Part shown: in pieces, positions 12,484 through 24,100 of the stretch
How the letters are laid out: every line of letters starts with the position of its first letter
How positions within the stretch are numbered: position 1 is the stretch's first letter
Source of the DNA: Blepharisma stoltei ATCC 30299
Lineage: Eukaryota; Protista; Ciliophora
Length of the DNA stretch: 64,000 nt
Direction of reading: 5' to 3'
Assembly (NCBI GenBank): GCA_965603825.1
Contig: CBFDEM010000046.1
Location: 186,001 to 250,000, forward strand
Position numbers and translations under genes: made by a program
Notes under the pieces: generated by a model
Databases searched by the model: none
The model's input: only the letters and a program-made list of their open reading frames with translations
What the model was told of the DNA's origin: nothing

Positions 12484-13029
12484 TTTATTATTATTTATTA
12501 AGGATGATTATTAAAGAGAACTAATAATTACCGTTTCTGGTCAGGTTTAAATAATGGTAGATAATGAAGATTATGCAAACTTATTTAAAATTATTTCAGT
12601 AATTATCAATTTTGATGCTAGTAAAAATTGTTTATTGAATTTGTTGAACAGTTGATTGTTTTTATCAGCGATTGAACTATTTTTTGTGAAAATAATAATA
12701 TAAGTTGCAGATTTTGTGAGAATGTATGCTCATGTTTGGATAACTGGAAAAATAAAAAATATTATTAAAATTATAATCAAAAATTTAGTCTTTGAATAAA
12801 ATGATTAATTTCGTTTTAAAATAATTATAAGATTTTTATATAATAATTGGTAATAATACTTTCAAAGAAAATATTTTTTATTGCTTTAACTTTTATCACT
12901 ATTTTCAATGTCATGCGCTATAGCATGCTTTAATTTATTATAGTATTTAGGGTTTTTTTTAAAATATCATAGCTTCTATATTATAGAAAAATCACTAAGC
13001 ATTTAAAATACGAAATAATTACAATTATT

Positions 13030-14571
13030 CTATATAAATCTGATAGAGGCATCTGTAGATTCCAAGCGACTGGAGTAATCTGGATACACAGACTTTCTTC
13101 CTCTTGGACTAAATTTCAAAGAATTATTGAGATATTCTTGAACGTGAGGAGTTTTAACCCTCTTTGCATTCCTTTCACCAGCATTCAAAACTGTTAGTGG
13201 CTTTAACAACATCGCAGGTTTTGGTTTGACCAATTCTCTTGGAATTGGTTTAGGTATTGCATTTTCTTTTAAAACTAACGAATTCTGCTCTTTTTTAGTA
13301 TGAGGAGATATAGAATGCACATAAGCTTCATTTCTAGGAGTCGCTCTCAGCGGAATCTGCACACTTTCTCTCCTCGAATGTTTGCTATGCTTTTTCTCAT
13401 ACAATTTTTCAATTAAATTTGGCTCCTTCACCACATCTACCGTTGTCTCATTCAAATCTCTGTCATTTTCTTTTTCAAAAGAATCTCTTACCGAAGTATC
13501 ATAAATTACAGTCCCATTAAGCCCAGAAACTTTATAAGTTTTTTTAGGTCGCTTTGATTTTTTGAGTAATAAATAATACGTGGCTGTAGCATGATTATGC
13601 TTATTATTTAATACAGAAGTTTCTGTATTTGTAATATCAAAGCCTAATTGTCCAAGATATCTGAGAACTTTTTCATTTACAGCAGGGTTTTCGTCTTCTG
13701 AAAGCTCTGGCCTTGAGTCTTGAGAATAAAGATTAAACCATTGATGCCTCCTGACCATATCAATAGTCCATCTTTCGTCTGGGCTTGTATTTATTAATCG
13801 CTTTAATAGGTCTCTTGCTTCATTTCCAACCCATCTTGGACAATTATAATTTCCACTTAATATTTTTTTGTATAATTGTGATGTATTTGGGTCTTCGAAA
13901 GGGAGATGCCCACATATAAGGGCGAATAATATGATTCCACAGCTTCATAGGTCGACTTTATTTCCATAGCGTTTTCCAGCAATCATCTCTGGGGCTGCAT
14001 AGCAAGGGCTTCCACAAGCAGTTTTTAGAGTTTCGCCTGTTTTATGAGTATTTGACAACCCAAAATCAACAATTTTTATATTTAAATTTTCATCAAGTAG
14101 CAAGTTTTCTGGTTTTAAATCTCTATGAATGATGCTGTTTTTATGAAGATACTCTACCCCAGCTAAAATTTGTTGGAAAAATCTGCACGCTTGAGGTTCT
14201 TTTACTTTATGATGAGACACAATATAGTCAAACAGCTCTCCTCCACTTGCATACTCCATAATTAAGTAAATGTGTTTGGAAGTTTCAACTATTTCATATA
14301 GCTGTATCAAATTCGGGTGTTTGACTGTCTTGAGAATTTTGATTTCCCTTGATATTCTTTCGATGTCTCCACTGTCTTTAATTTTGTCTTTTTCCAGTAT
14401 TTTAATCGCGACTTTTTCACCTGTCAAGATGTGAGTGCCAAGTTTTACTTTTCCAAATGTGCCTTGTCCAAGAGTTTTGGTAATTATATAATGCCCAATA
14501 TTGTAAGATTTGTGAGAGGGTGGACGGGGCATCGAGAAATTTGTAGAGGAAGATCTTCGTTGGGTAGTCAT
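13030..14571 (-). CDS. AMPK/SNF1-related Ser/Thr kinase with UBA (513 aa)
   Basis: GQGTFGKV, HRDLKPEN, DFG, TACGSPCYAAPE. TGA 13945 gives the conserved DLWS motif and joins ORF 13030-13758. Confidence 0.93.
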
Positions 14572-14693
14572 TTATAGCTGTTGGATTTAAAATGGAAGTT
14601 ATTCATGAGAACTATTTAAATTCAAATGAATTTGGTGAAAGTTAATAGGAAGGCGAAATATATTGAAATAATTATTTTAAAAGTTTTATTATT

Positions 14694-15776
14694 TTATTTC
14701 CTTAGAAAAGGAGAATTTGCTTGCATTAATGGCATCATATGAGGGTACATAATTGGCTGCTGCATCATATAAGGAGAAAACTGTGGGCTCATCACCGGAT
14801 AATACGGTCCAGTAGGAAACATCATTGGTTGAGGTGCTATAAACTGTGGCTGAATAACTTGTTGAGGCACTATCACTGGATTCCCTGGTGTTTGCACTGC
14901 CTTTTTAGGAGGTGAGCTTGGTGGAGACATAGAAATCAAGTTTTGGCTATATCTGATATTTTCTTGTTCTTTTACTTGCTCAGAGATCCCATGGAGCGTA
15001 TCTTCTCTTAATCCTCTAAACATCGGCAATTCTCCTTCATAATATTCTGAGCACGAACTGCAGAAATCCTTAAGTCTTGCTGCAAATGTATTATACATGA
15101 AGCAAAATTCCTTCGCTTCTTTTGCCATTTCGACATTTAATCTTGGAAAAACTCAAATAATTACCTGTATACAGCTTTTAAAAATGGCATATAATTGAGC
15201 TACTTCACACATTAGCCATTTGGCTAATTCAATTACACAGGTGAGGACAGATTTATATTCAAGCGCTTTGCATAATGGGTCTTTTATTGATAAAAATTCT
15301 GATAATTGTTCTACAAATAATCTCGTAATTTCTATAAGCTCATCATCTCGGAATTCTTGGATAATTGTGAGAAGCCTTTCGCTTCTCCAATTTTTAAGAA
15401 TTTCTTCATATTGCAAATTTGCTTTAGCTCTGAGCTTCAAAAATGAAAAAAGCGGATGAATGATAGGGCAGCAATGCGCCCTCGGATAATTATCGTCACA
15501 GAAAAAGTTCAGCTGCAAGTTTAAGTCTGCAATACTTGAAAAAACATTTTTCCTTTCACATCTTTTGATGAAGTGGAATAAAATCATCATTGTCTTGAAT
15601 CTAATTTGTGTGCAACTATCACGGAGCCTATGCACGATAAGAGGAAAGGTTTTTTCGATTTGCAGATTGGAATTGCCTTCAATGGCATAGAGTAGTGCTG
15701 ATAGATGCTTGGCTTTGGGAGGATTGCAGTCTTTACTTCTCGTTGCTTTTGAAAGTGAGGTTTTGAATTTGTCCAT
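14694..15776 (-). CDS. ANTH/ENTH-like domain protein with Pro/Gln/Met-rich tail (360 aa)
   Basis: N-terminal KAT...PPKAKH motif. TGA 15153=W joins the two ORFs in frame. Confidence 0.7.
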
Positions 15777-16162
15777 TTGAAGTAATAATGGAGGGATTTA
15801 TTGAATTAAAATATCGTTAAAATATGAATAATCATGATATTAGATTGTGATGAAGAAGAAAAAATTTGCTTGATGATATCAATCTGCGTTATTTGGCTGG
15901 AGATATAAGCATTAATCTTTGAAGATATATTTATTCGATATAATAAATATGAACGAAGTGTTTCATCAGCAATTTAAATAACAAATTAATAAAATATCAT
16001 AGCTATTCGCATGGAGAATAAATTTATACGAGAAAATTTTTGTTAAAACTTTTTTAAAGCTAAAAATGGCTTAGGCATATAAAGCAGAAGGATTGAATTT
16101 TGCAGTAGAAAAGTAATTAAATATTCTCTTATTTTTTGATGTAGAAATGAATTAAAATTAAA

Positions 16163-16807
16163 ATGGAAAGAAAAGGATACAGCAAGTCACCAGAATACGA
16201 CTACCTAATTAAACTTGTTCTTATAGGAGATGCCGCAGTTGGAAAAAGCTCCCTTCTATTGCGATATGTTGATGATTCCTTTGAAAATGCCTACAACTGC
16301 ACAATAGGTGTAGACTTTAAGATCAAAAGCTTATATATTAATGACAAAAAGGTTAAATTGCAGATATGGGACACAGCAGGGCAAGAACGATTTAAGCCGA
16401 TAACAAACTGCTACTTTAGAGGTTCACATGGTTGCTTAGCGGTATATGATATATGCAATAAAGAAAGTTTTGACAATCTAAAATCGTGGATTCATGACTA
16501 CAGAGAAAACAATTCATTAGAAGCAGGCGAAAATATCCTGATTATTGGCAATAAAATTGATAGGCTATCTGAAAGAACGGTTAGTCTTCAAGACGTCAAA
16601 GATTTCGCTTGCCAAACAAAGTGCGAGTATTTAGAATGCTCTGCTAGAAGTGGAGAAGGGGTTTCCAGTATTTTTGAAGCTGTAGCAAAGCTGATAATTT
16701 CGAAAATGAAATTTGAAACATTATCTGTGATCGAGCCAAAAACTCAAAGCACAAAAGGAAAAAGTTTAATTCCTGAAAAAATTACTAAGAAATCAAGATG
16801 TTGCTAA
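16163..16807 (+). CDS. Rab GTPase (Rab1-like)
   Basis: GDAAVGKS, TIGVDF, WDTAGQERF, NKID, SAR and C-terminal CC prenylation motif. Confidence 0.95.
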   Translation: MERKGYSKSPEYDYLIKLVLIGDAAVGKSSLLLRYVDDSFENAYNCTIGVDFKIKSLYINDKKVKLQIWDTAGQERFKPITNCYFRGSHGCLAVYDICNKESFDNLKSWIHDYRENNSLEAGENILIIGNKIDRLSERTVSLQDVKDFACQTKCEYLECSARSGEGVSSIFEAVAKLIISKMKFETLSVIEPKTQSTKGKSLIPEKITKKSRCC

Positions 16808-16819
16808 TTCAAAAAATTA

Positions 16820-17497
16820 CTATACATTAACCTTTTTATAAGAATCTAAAAACAGCTTATAGCATGTTTCAAATGGCTTCCCTACATTTTCTTGATTTTT
16901 TTTTATCAGTCTTGGAGGTTTTTTACCTTTATATCCCATCACTAATGATGGTTTTGCTCTATTAATTGTTGTTTTAACCTCAGTCGCGCAAGGTACAGGT
17001 AGGAATGATAAAAATTTTTCTTCTTGATGCATAGAACAATCAGTGTCCTGGGTTTCTTTTATACTCGAATTTTCTAAGTTTTTACAAAAACTATCTTTTT
17101 GTAATACTGATGACGCTTTTATTGCAATTTTTAGCAGTTCTTGTGAGTGGTCGTTTTGAAGTCTTTCAGCTGACCGAGCTCTGATTAAATATCTACTCAG
17201 TTTGTGGTTTTCAGCTTGAGGGCGAGCTGAGAGCCCTGATTTTATTTGATGCCATTGCTCAGTTATGGACTCTACCTTTGACTGGATGTCGTCAGGGCTT
17301 GACTCTCGGCTGTTTGAACTAAATTTTAAAATTGATCGCTCTTGTCTGAGATTTTTGAGACTTATTAATCTTAACGACCTCATCTCAGGTGATAGGGAAT
17401 GTCTATGGCTTGTTTGGGTTTTTGGTGAGGCTTTGGGGGATTTTAAATAACTGGCAGATACTGAGGCTGCATCACCTAGGAAAATTGGCTTATTCAT
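16820..17497 (-). CDS. Hypothetical basic low-complexity protein (225 aa)
   Basis: ATG..TAG ORF filling the space between neighbouring genes. Confidence 0.65.
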   Translation of the reverse strand: MNKPIFLGDAASVSASYLKSPKASPKTQTSHRHSLSPEMRSLRLISLKNLRQERSILKFSSNSRESSPDDIQSKVESITEQWHQIKSGLSARPQAENHKLSRYLIRARSAERLQNDHSQELLKIAIKASSVLQKDSFCKNLENSSIKETQDTDCSMHQEEKFLSFLPVPCATEVKTTINRAKPSLVMGYKGKKPPRLIKKNQENVGKPFETCYKLFLDSYKKVNV

Positions 17498-17777
17498 TTT
17501 AAATATAATGAAACTCCCGTTATAAACAAAAGGGAAATTACCAACACTGAAGAATATTAATAAATTTTAATTGGGATTTTGGAAGAAACTTAATTTTATC
17601 TTTAAAAGATAATGTTTTATTTTTTAGATAGGCATTTCTTTCTTTATAATAATAAGTAACAAATAATCAATCAAATTATTTGTGAATACTATTCCCAATG
17701 GATCGAGAATCTTCTTAAACTTCTGAGAAAATCATTAATCCTGACAGACTTCATCCATTTAAACTCATAAAAATAAA

Positions 17778-18254
17778 ATGTCAAGACTCCTTGCATTTTT
17801 ATTTCTCCTTTTCAATATCAGCATCTTCTCTGCTGAACTTCTCAAGGAAAACAGCATCAGCCAGTTTATTTCAGGCTTTGCTAATGGTGTAAGGGCATCA
17901 TCTACAATAGATATTCCTTGCATTACTGCCTATCCTGCTCTTGTCACCCAATTTTCCACACTAGAAAATGCAATTTCAGATTATCAAGATTTCTCAACCC
18001 TTCTCCATGTCTTTAAGTCTACAGTTACTGGCCTAGTCTCCTTTTGCCAAACTTGCAATTTTCAAAACACAATTTCGACAATTCAAGCAATGCTAACAAC
18101 AGGTGAAGGCCTTGACACTATATTTATCCTTATTTTTACCAATCTTTCCTTTTATCAGAATGCTCTGAGTATAATACAAACTTCTCTAGAGAATGGTTTG
18201 TACTACGAAGCTGGAACTCAAGCTGGAGTCATTTATTACAATTTATTCGGATAA
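17778..18254 (+). CDS. Secreted helical protein of unknown function (158 aa)
   Basis: Hydrophobic N-terminal signal peptide, three Cys, C-terminal YYEAGTQAG. Confidence 0.75.
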   Translation: MSRLLAFLFLLFNISIFSAELLKENSISQFISGFANGVRASSTIDIPCITAYPALVTQFSTLENAISDYQDFSTLLHVFKSTVTGLVSFCQTCNFQNTISTIQAMLTTGEGLDTIFILIFTNLSFYQNALSIIQTSLENGLYYEAGTQAGVIYYNLFG

Positions 18255-18273
18255 ATAATAATTTGGTAATAAA

Positions 18274-18660
18274 ATGTTTTTAATCATAGGGAAAAATGAT
18301 GTGCCACTTTATGAAGCCAATTTAGGGACTGTGAGAAAAGAGATAGGACATTTAAACCAGTTTATCATACATGCTGCGCTAGATATTGTAGATGAGGAAG
18401 CTGCGAATTCTCCAAATATGTATCTGAAAACTGTTGATAAATTTAATGAGATTTATGTATCTGCATATGTGACAGCTGGAAATATTCGACTTATGCTAGT
18501 CCACGACTCTCGAAATGAAGACGGGATCAGAAACTTTTTCATCGAAGTCCACGAAAATCTAATAAAAGCCCTCATGAACCCTATGTTTGACTTAATTCGT
18601 GGCTTTTCCCAGCCATTTGATACAAGGGTGAAAAACGCAGCTAAGCGATTCCTAATATAA
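18274..18660 (+). CDS. TRAPPC2: TRAPP complex subunit 2 (sedlin)
   Basis: HLNQFIIHAALDIVDE, YLKTVDKFN, VSAYVTAG, MNP. Confidence 0.92.
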   Translation: MFLIIGKNDVPLYEANLGTVRKEIGHLNQFIIHAALDIVDEEAANSPNMYLKTVDKFNEIYVSAYVTAGNIRLMLVHDSRNEDGIRNFFIEVHENLIKALMNPMFDLIRGFSQPFDTRVKNAAKRFLI

Positions 18661-18700
18661 GAACATTTACATAAAAAATACTTTTTAGTGTGATTATTAA

Positions 18701-20110
18701 TTAAATGAATGCTTGAACTGCATTAGTTGTGTAGATAAGCTCAGTTTCAAGTCTAGCTTCACATATAAGGAAATTAACGTGAATTATATCTTCAGCTATT
18801 AATTTCATGTCTATAAGCTCTATGTGGCGTCTTGTTACCCTATGAGGAGCGCAGGCTACCTCTTTTATGTAAGTTTTAGTCTGTCTTTTTATTTGCTCGT
18901 TAACATTACTATAATCATAATCATCATATTCCAGGCCGTATACCCTTTGTGTATACATTCATATGGCTCGTCTTAAGTTAGCTGTGTTTATACCTTCTTC
19001 GCCGCCGATTGTATCAAAAGTCATAACAAATGTATATCTTATTCGATTCATCAATTTTTCTGCAATTCCAGGCAGATATTTTTCAATAATATTGAAGCCT
19101 TGGTCATTTCAATTGAAATCGCTAGGTCGTACTGGTCTTCTATGAGCAGAAATATCATAATGAGTATACGTTAAATACCCGCCTGCTATTCTGTCATAAT
19201 CGTCTTCATCCTCTTCAAGATCATCAGATATCGACGCTCTCCTATTTTGCTTTACCAAATCATATTCAGGACAAATCCCTAGCCCCAGAACAATACTGGA
19301 TAATGAGTGAAATACACACAAAATCACAAGGGCATGGCACAGTTCAGAAATTTGTCAATTTCCAAGCAAAGCATGTATATCATTTTCGTCAAATTCTCAT
19401 GGTCTATGTGCAAGCTTCAAGTTTGCAGTGCTTAGCTCTTTTATTTTAGCTGGGATTTCTGATAATCCTTGAGGGGAAAATCAACTTGCTTTGCCTCCAT
19501 ATAATTTTCCTTGTTCTTCACAAGTGCTCATTAGATAATCACATTTGTGCGCTGCAGAAGCCATGTATGCGATATAGATTCTTCAATCAAATTGTAATGG
19601 TCCACTTTCAAATAAAACTTCTTTTATTACTTCACAATGCTTTTGCATGTAATCCGGGAAAGCTCCCATTATCCTATCTAAATGTGTAACACGTCCCAGC
19701 GTGAAGAACAGTTCTTGGTTAATCGTCATATAAAGCGACTTTTCTCGATCAGACCTAAAATCTGCTTCACCGCTTAAAGGCTTGATTTCACTTGCAGGAA
19801 TATAAGCGCTGACTGTTTCTACAAAGCTTGGATCATATGCCTAATTTACCTTTACAATTCGATTAATTCGAAGAAATTCATCACTTGCTTGCTTTATGTC
19901 AAGTAAAGGACACTCCACAGCAAGGCGGATGATGGTTTTTTCGTATTTAGTGCGAAATAAATGTTGATTTATGTCACTTGAACTATGAATTAGTGCTTGG
20001 CACATAGAGAGGAATGATTTAAACTAGCTGCAAATTACTTCTGCTTCTCGAGCTTCAGGATCTCTTATAAAAAGTGCCTTAATGGTGGAAATACTCCCTT
20101 CTGTATCCAT
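18701..20110 (-). CDS. SESN: Sestrin (PA26) homolog; 2 introns, 6 TGA=Trp
   Basis: After splicing 20024-20038 and 19841-19855 the protein reads GPLQFDWRIYIAYMASAAHKCDYL, KLAHRPW, WQISELCHAL, RRAIWMY..RVYGLEYDDYDY, YIKEVAC and HVNFLICEAR. Confidence 0.92.
19841..19855 (-). other. 15-nt intron GTAAAGGTAAATTAG (sestrin)
   Basis: GT..AG; removes an in-frame TAG. Confidence 0.85.
20024..20038 (-). other. 15-nt intron GTAATTTGCAGCTAG (sestrin)
   Basis: GT..AG; removes an in-frame TAG. Confidence 0.85.
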
Positions 20111-20556
20111 TTAATATAGAACGGGAGACTAGAGGAAAACTTTTTGATTATATTATGAGGACTTAAATAATCTTGGAGAGGGGAGACGAATGGAAATATT
20201 TTGGATCGGAATTTTGGTTTTAGAAATGTTTTTATTAGTGAATAATGAAAATTTTCAAAAATGAGAGGGAGATAGATATAGAATGTACAAATGACTGCAT
20301 TTTCTTGAATTATTTTATAGGTTGAGTCTGCATTTTGGAAGCAAAATAAGCCAATTTTATTTTGGAGAAATGTTTCAGATATATGCTGAATTTTTTATTA
20401 ACGAGCATGAAATATTATTGAGCAGAAGAAAGCTAGCTTTGAAGGCGAAAATTGTACAGGACAGTGCAAACTTCAAAATTCGATGTTTTGGCTAGCCAAT
20501 TTTGATTTTTAATATTACTTAAGCTAATCCATAAATGGTTTACGATAAATTAGGAT

Positions 20557-20883
20557 ATGGAAGGATCAGACAATATCATAAGAGTCAGTGCAAAAAACAA
20601 GCCAGGTACTTATGTATATGAAGGCAAAGAAAAACTCAAGAGCCATGGTACTGTGTCTTTCCATGCTATGGGAAGCTCCATAACTAACGCAATCAGAGCT
20701 GCTGAAAGATTGGTGTCACTTGGATATGGAACAATGGAAAAGTTTGAAACTCAAAAAATCACATCCTCAACTACTGAAGGAGAAGATAAAAATGTGTGCA
20801 AGGTAGTCTTAGAGCTCAAGAAGACAGCGGACTTTGATAGGATAAGTGAAGAGTTTGAGAAACAGAAACAAACAAGCAAATAA
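20557..20883 (+). CDS. Alba-family DNA/RNA-binding protein (108 aa)
   Basis: Alba pattern NIIRVS...FHAMGSSITNAIRAAERL...KVVLELKK. Confidence 0.8.
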   Translation: MEGSDNIIRVSAKNKPGTYVYEGKEKLKSHGTVSFHAMGSSITNAIRAAERLVSLGYGTMEKFETQKITSSTTEGEDKNVCKVVLELKKTADFDRISEEFEKQKQTSK

Positions 20884-21150
20884 CTATTTAAGTCAATATA
20901 ATTACTTAAATTAAAAGTTTGCGGCTGAGAAAAAATTAGAGTTGATTAGATTATTTTTGATTATATTAGGCTTTATGAAATTTAGTATGATTAATAAAGC
21001 AATTATAAATATTAGGTAGGATATTGATATGTGATGCATAAATTTATTATCCAAAGATAATCATTTAATGCTGATTTTGACACTTTTTATATTGAGATCA
21101 GATTAATTTCAATCTTTATTTGAAAGTGCTTAGAAATATTTTTATCTAAG

Positions 21151-24100
21151 ATGGCTGATGATTTCAAGTTGTCCGAAAATCTCCAAGATTTAGCTCAAGA
21201 TGGCAGCTTAAAAGATTCTCAGTTGATATGAAGAATCTGTCAAGCTCTCCCTTCACTCCCTCAGAGCCAGCAACTTTCAATAATCGACCAATTATTGGAT
21301 ATTGCCCGATGCAAGCAATACAACCCATCCTTAATTTTATCTCTATCAATGCGGAGCCCAATTGATAATCGGAAAGAATATTTACTCAACAATCTTATAA
21401 AACATATGGTTTTTGCTGAGCCAGAAGTCCAAGAAAAATTGTCCGAGCTTATTTCCTTCTTAATTCACTCAGTTGGGGCTAATTTAAGACACACACACTT
21501 TGTTTTCCAGATTTTAGCTAATAATCAGCTTGACTATAAGTCAATAACAGCAGCAATTCGAGTACTCCAAGTTTTGATTTCTCCAAATAAATCATCTGAA
21601 CCTTATTCCTATTTTTATTTTACAGGCCGAGGGTGTGGGCTGCAAATTACCCAAAAGAAGCCAACTATTTTTCCGTTTAAAAACGCAATTTCTATATGTT
21701 TATGGTTCAGGTTGGAAAAAACATCAGAAGAAGTGTCGAGATTATTTACATTTCACTCGCAAGGAAATGGTGGGGTTGAGGCTTATTTTGTTGAAAATAC
21801 CCTTTATTACCGCTCGTTAGGGACTGATTATAATCCACCTGGAAAAGGATCAAATGGAATCAGAATTTTCGAGTTTGCGACTGAGGAATGGATATTTTTA
21901 GCATTGGAAAATGAAAAACAAAAATATGGGAAAAAACAGCTTAGAGTGGCTGTTAATGGAGAAGAAATATGCAACACTACAATGGATTTTCCGAAAATAA
22001 AAGACAATGCAGAGCTTACCCTTGCTGCTGTAGGATTAAATTTTACAGGAGAAATATCAGCAATAATGGTGTTCAGCGAGCTTATTTCTATGCAGAAAAT
22101 GAAATTGATTTTTCAAAAATATTCAACGTGAGGACCACAAGGCCACGAATCACTAAGATCATTGTGCAGAGTTGTAGATAAAAGCTTAGGGAAAAAACTG
22201 GTGATGTTTTATCACCCATTACACACTTATCAAAATATAGTTTATGATGGACAGAATTTTGCTGATGGAAAACTTTTTGGGGTATCTGGTGTTAAAGCAA
22301 TAAATATAAATAGAATTTCTAATATTGGAGGTATAGGAGCATTGCTACCTATATTAGAAAAAATCAAAGCAGTCCGCGACAATAATGGTGAATTACTATT
22401 AGAATGGATGATGCTACTTATAATTTCTCTGCAAGACCTCCCAGAAAACCAAAAAGAAGCTACCTCAATTAATTTTTTCAGATGTGTGGCCGAAATTCTA
22501 ATCGGTTTTGACAAAAGTAATATCAATGATACCATCATTGATATGCTTGAGCAGGTATACAGCATTTGTGCATTTGGTAAACTAAAAGACCAGTTGGTAA
22601 ACCATCTGCTTTGGTGCGTAGAAATATGAAAGGAAACAGACCACGTAGTGCAAAACCAGCTATACAAACTTATAAGAAAACTGTATAATAAATCAAGCAG
22701 AGAAGGAAACAAATTTAAAGAAACCATAAAAATCCTGGATATCGTGATAGAGCATTATAATTTAAAAGAAAATATTGATGAAGATACAAAGAAACATATT
22801 TCTGATATTATATCAATAATAGAAATATGCTTGATTTCTGGAGGGGAAGAAACTGCATCTGATATTGAACAGATTGTGTCTGTCTTATATAGTAAGCCAA
22901 GCACATTTATACAATATAACTTATTGCAGCTTTTAAAGAAACTTATTAATGAAAAAACAGAAGAAATGTTAGGGGTTTCTCCATTAATGTTCGCAAAGCA
23001 CTTTGTAGAGGCAGCTGGGCTTGAATTGCTTTTATATCTAATTTCTTCTTCTTCGACAGAAATCAGAGGATACTGCTTATCAATAATATCAAGTCTTTAT
23101 AATCTGCCTTTAAAACAAGTACAAATTGGAAACCAAAAAGACGTTTTTACCTTCATCAGCTCAATTATACTTCCTCATCGCAGAAGATTAAGTGAACAGT
23201 TCAAGCCCTGGCAGCTGAGAAATAACTCAGTCCTTTCAGACATTTTTAAGACTTCTGTGAAAACCAAAATAGACTCTTTAAACAATAAAGACTATGAAGA
23301 AGAAACTGGTATCAGGCCAAGGCTTTCCCTTGACAATGCAATTATGCCTGATGACCATAGAGGTGTAAAACCAATCCAATTTTTAAATTACGTAGAAGAA
23401 GTCCATCAAGAAAGCAGCACTATTTCTAATATTATAGGAAATGAAGATTATATTGCACAAACTGAGGTGGAGCTGCCTTCAGATCTTGAAGAAAAAGAAC
23501 AGAATATGCTATTCACAAGAGATCAGCCAAGGCATAATTCTGCAACTGTATATGCTATAAATGACCAATATACAGCTAGGAAAAACGAAGAGGAAGGAGT
23601 TTATTATGCAGTCCTAGAAATTATGCTGAACAAGCCATTTGGCGGACAAAGCATTTTGGATGATTTTGATTACATTCAGAACAAAACTGGGCTGTTTTTA
23701 TTTGAAGAAACTGTTTCAAGAGGCTCATTAGAGCTCAAGCATAGAGCTGTCCAAGATCTTTTAATGCTGACTAAATGAAATATAGAAAACGCTAATATTT
23801 TAGCACAGGATTCTGATTGGCATTATTGGTTACTTAACCTCTTGTGTGAAACCCCTGAAACTGAGGATACAGGGGTCGCTGTTTATGATATAGGAACAAG
23901 GGCTCATAATATTGTGATGAAGCAAGCTGTCTTGGCTGATGATGAAGGCTGAAGACACCTTCGAAGACTTATTTATTGATATGAAAAAAATCGAACAATT
24001 GACAATTCCAGAACTCTTATAAGATCACTATTAGAAAAACTAATGGAGTCTCTTCAGTCCATTTCCATGGGCTGCAGACCATCAATTACCTCAATTTTGT

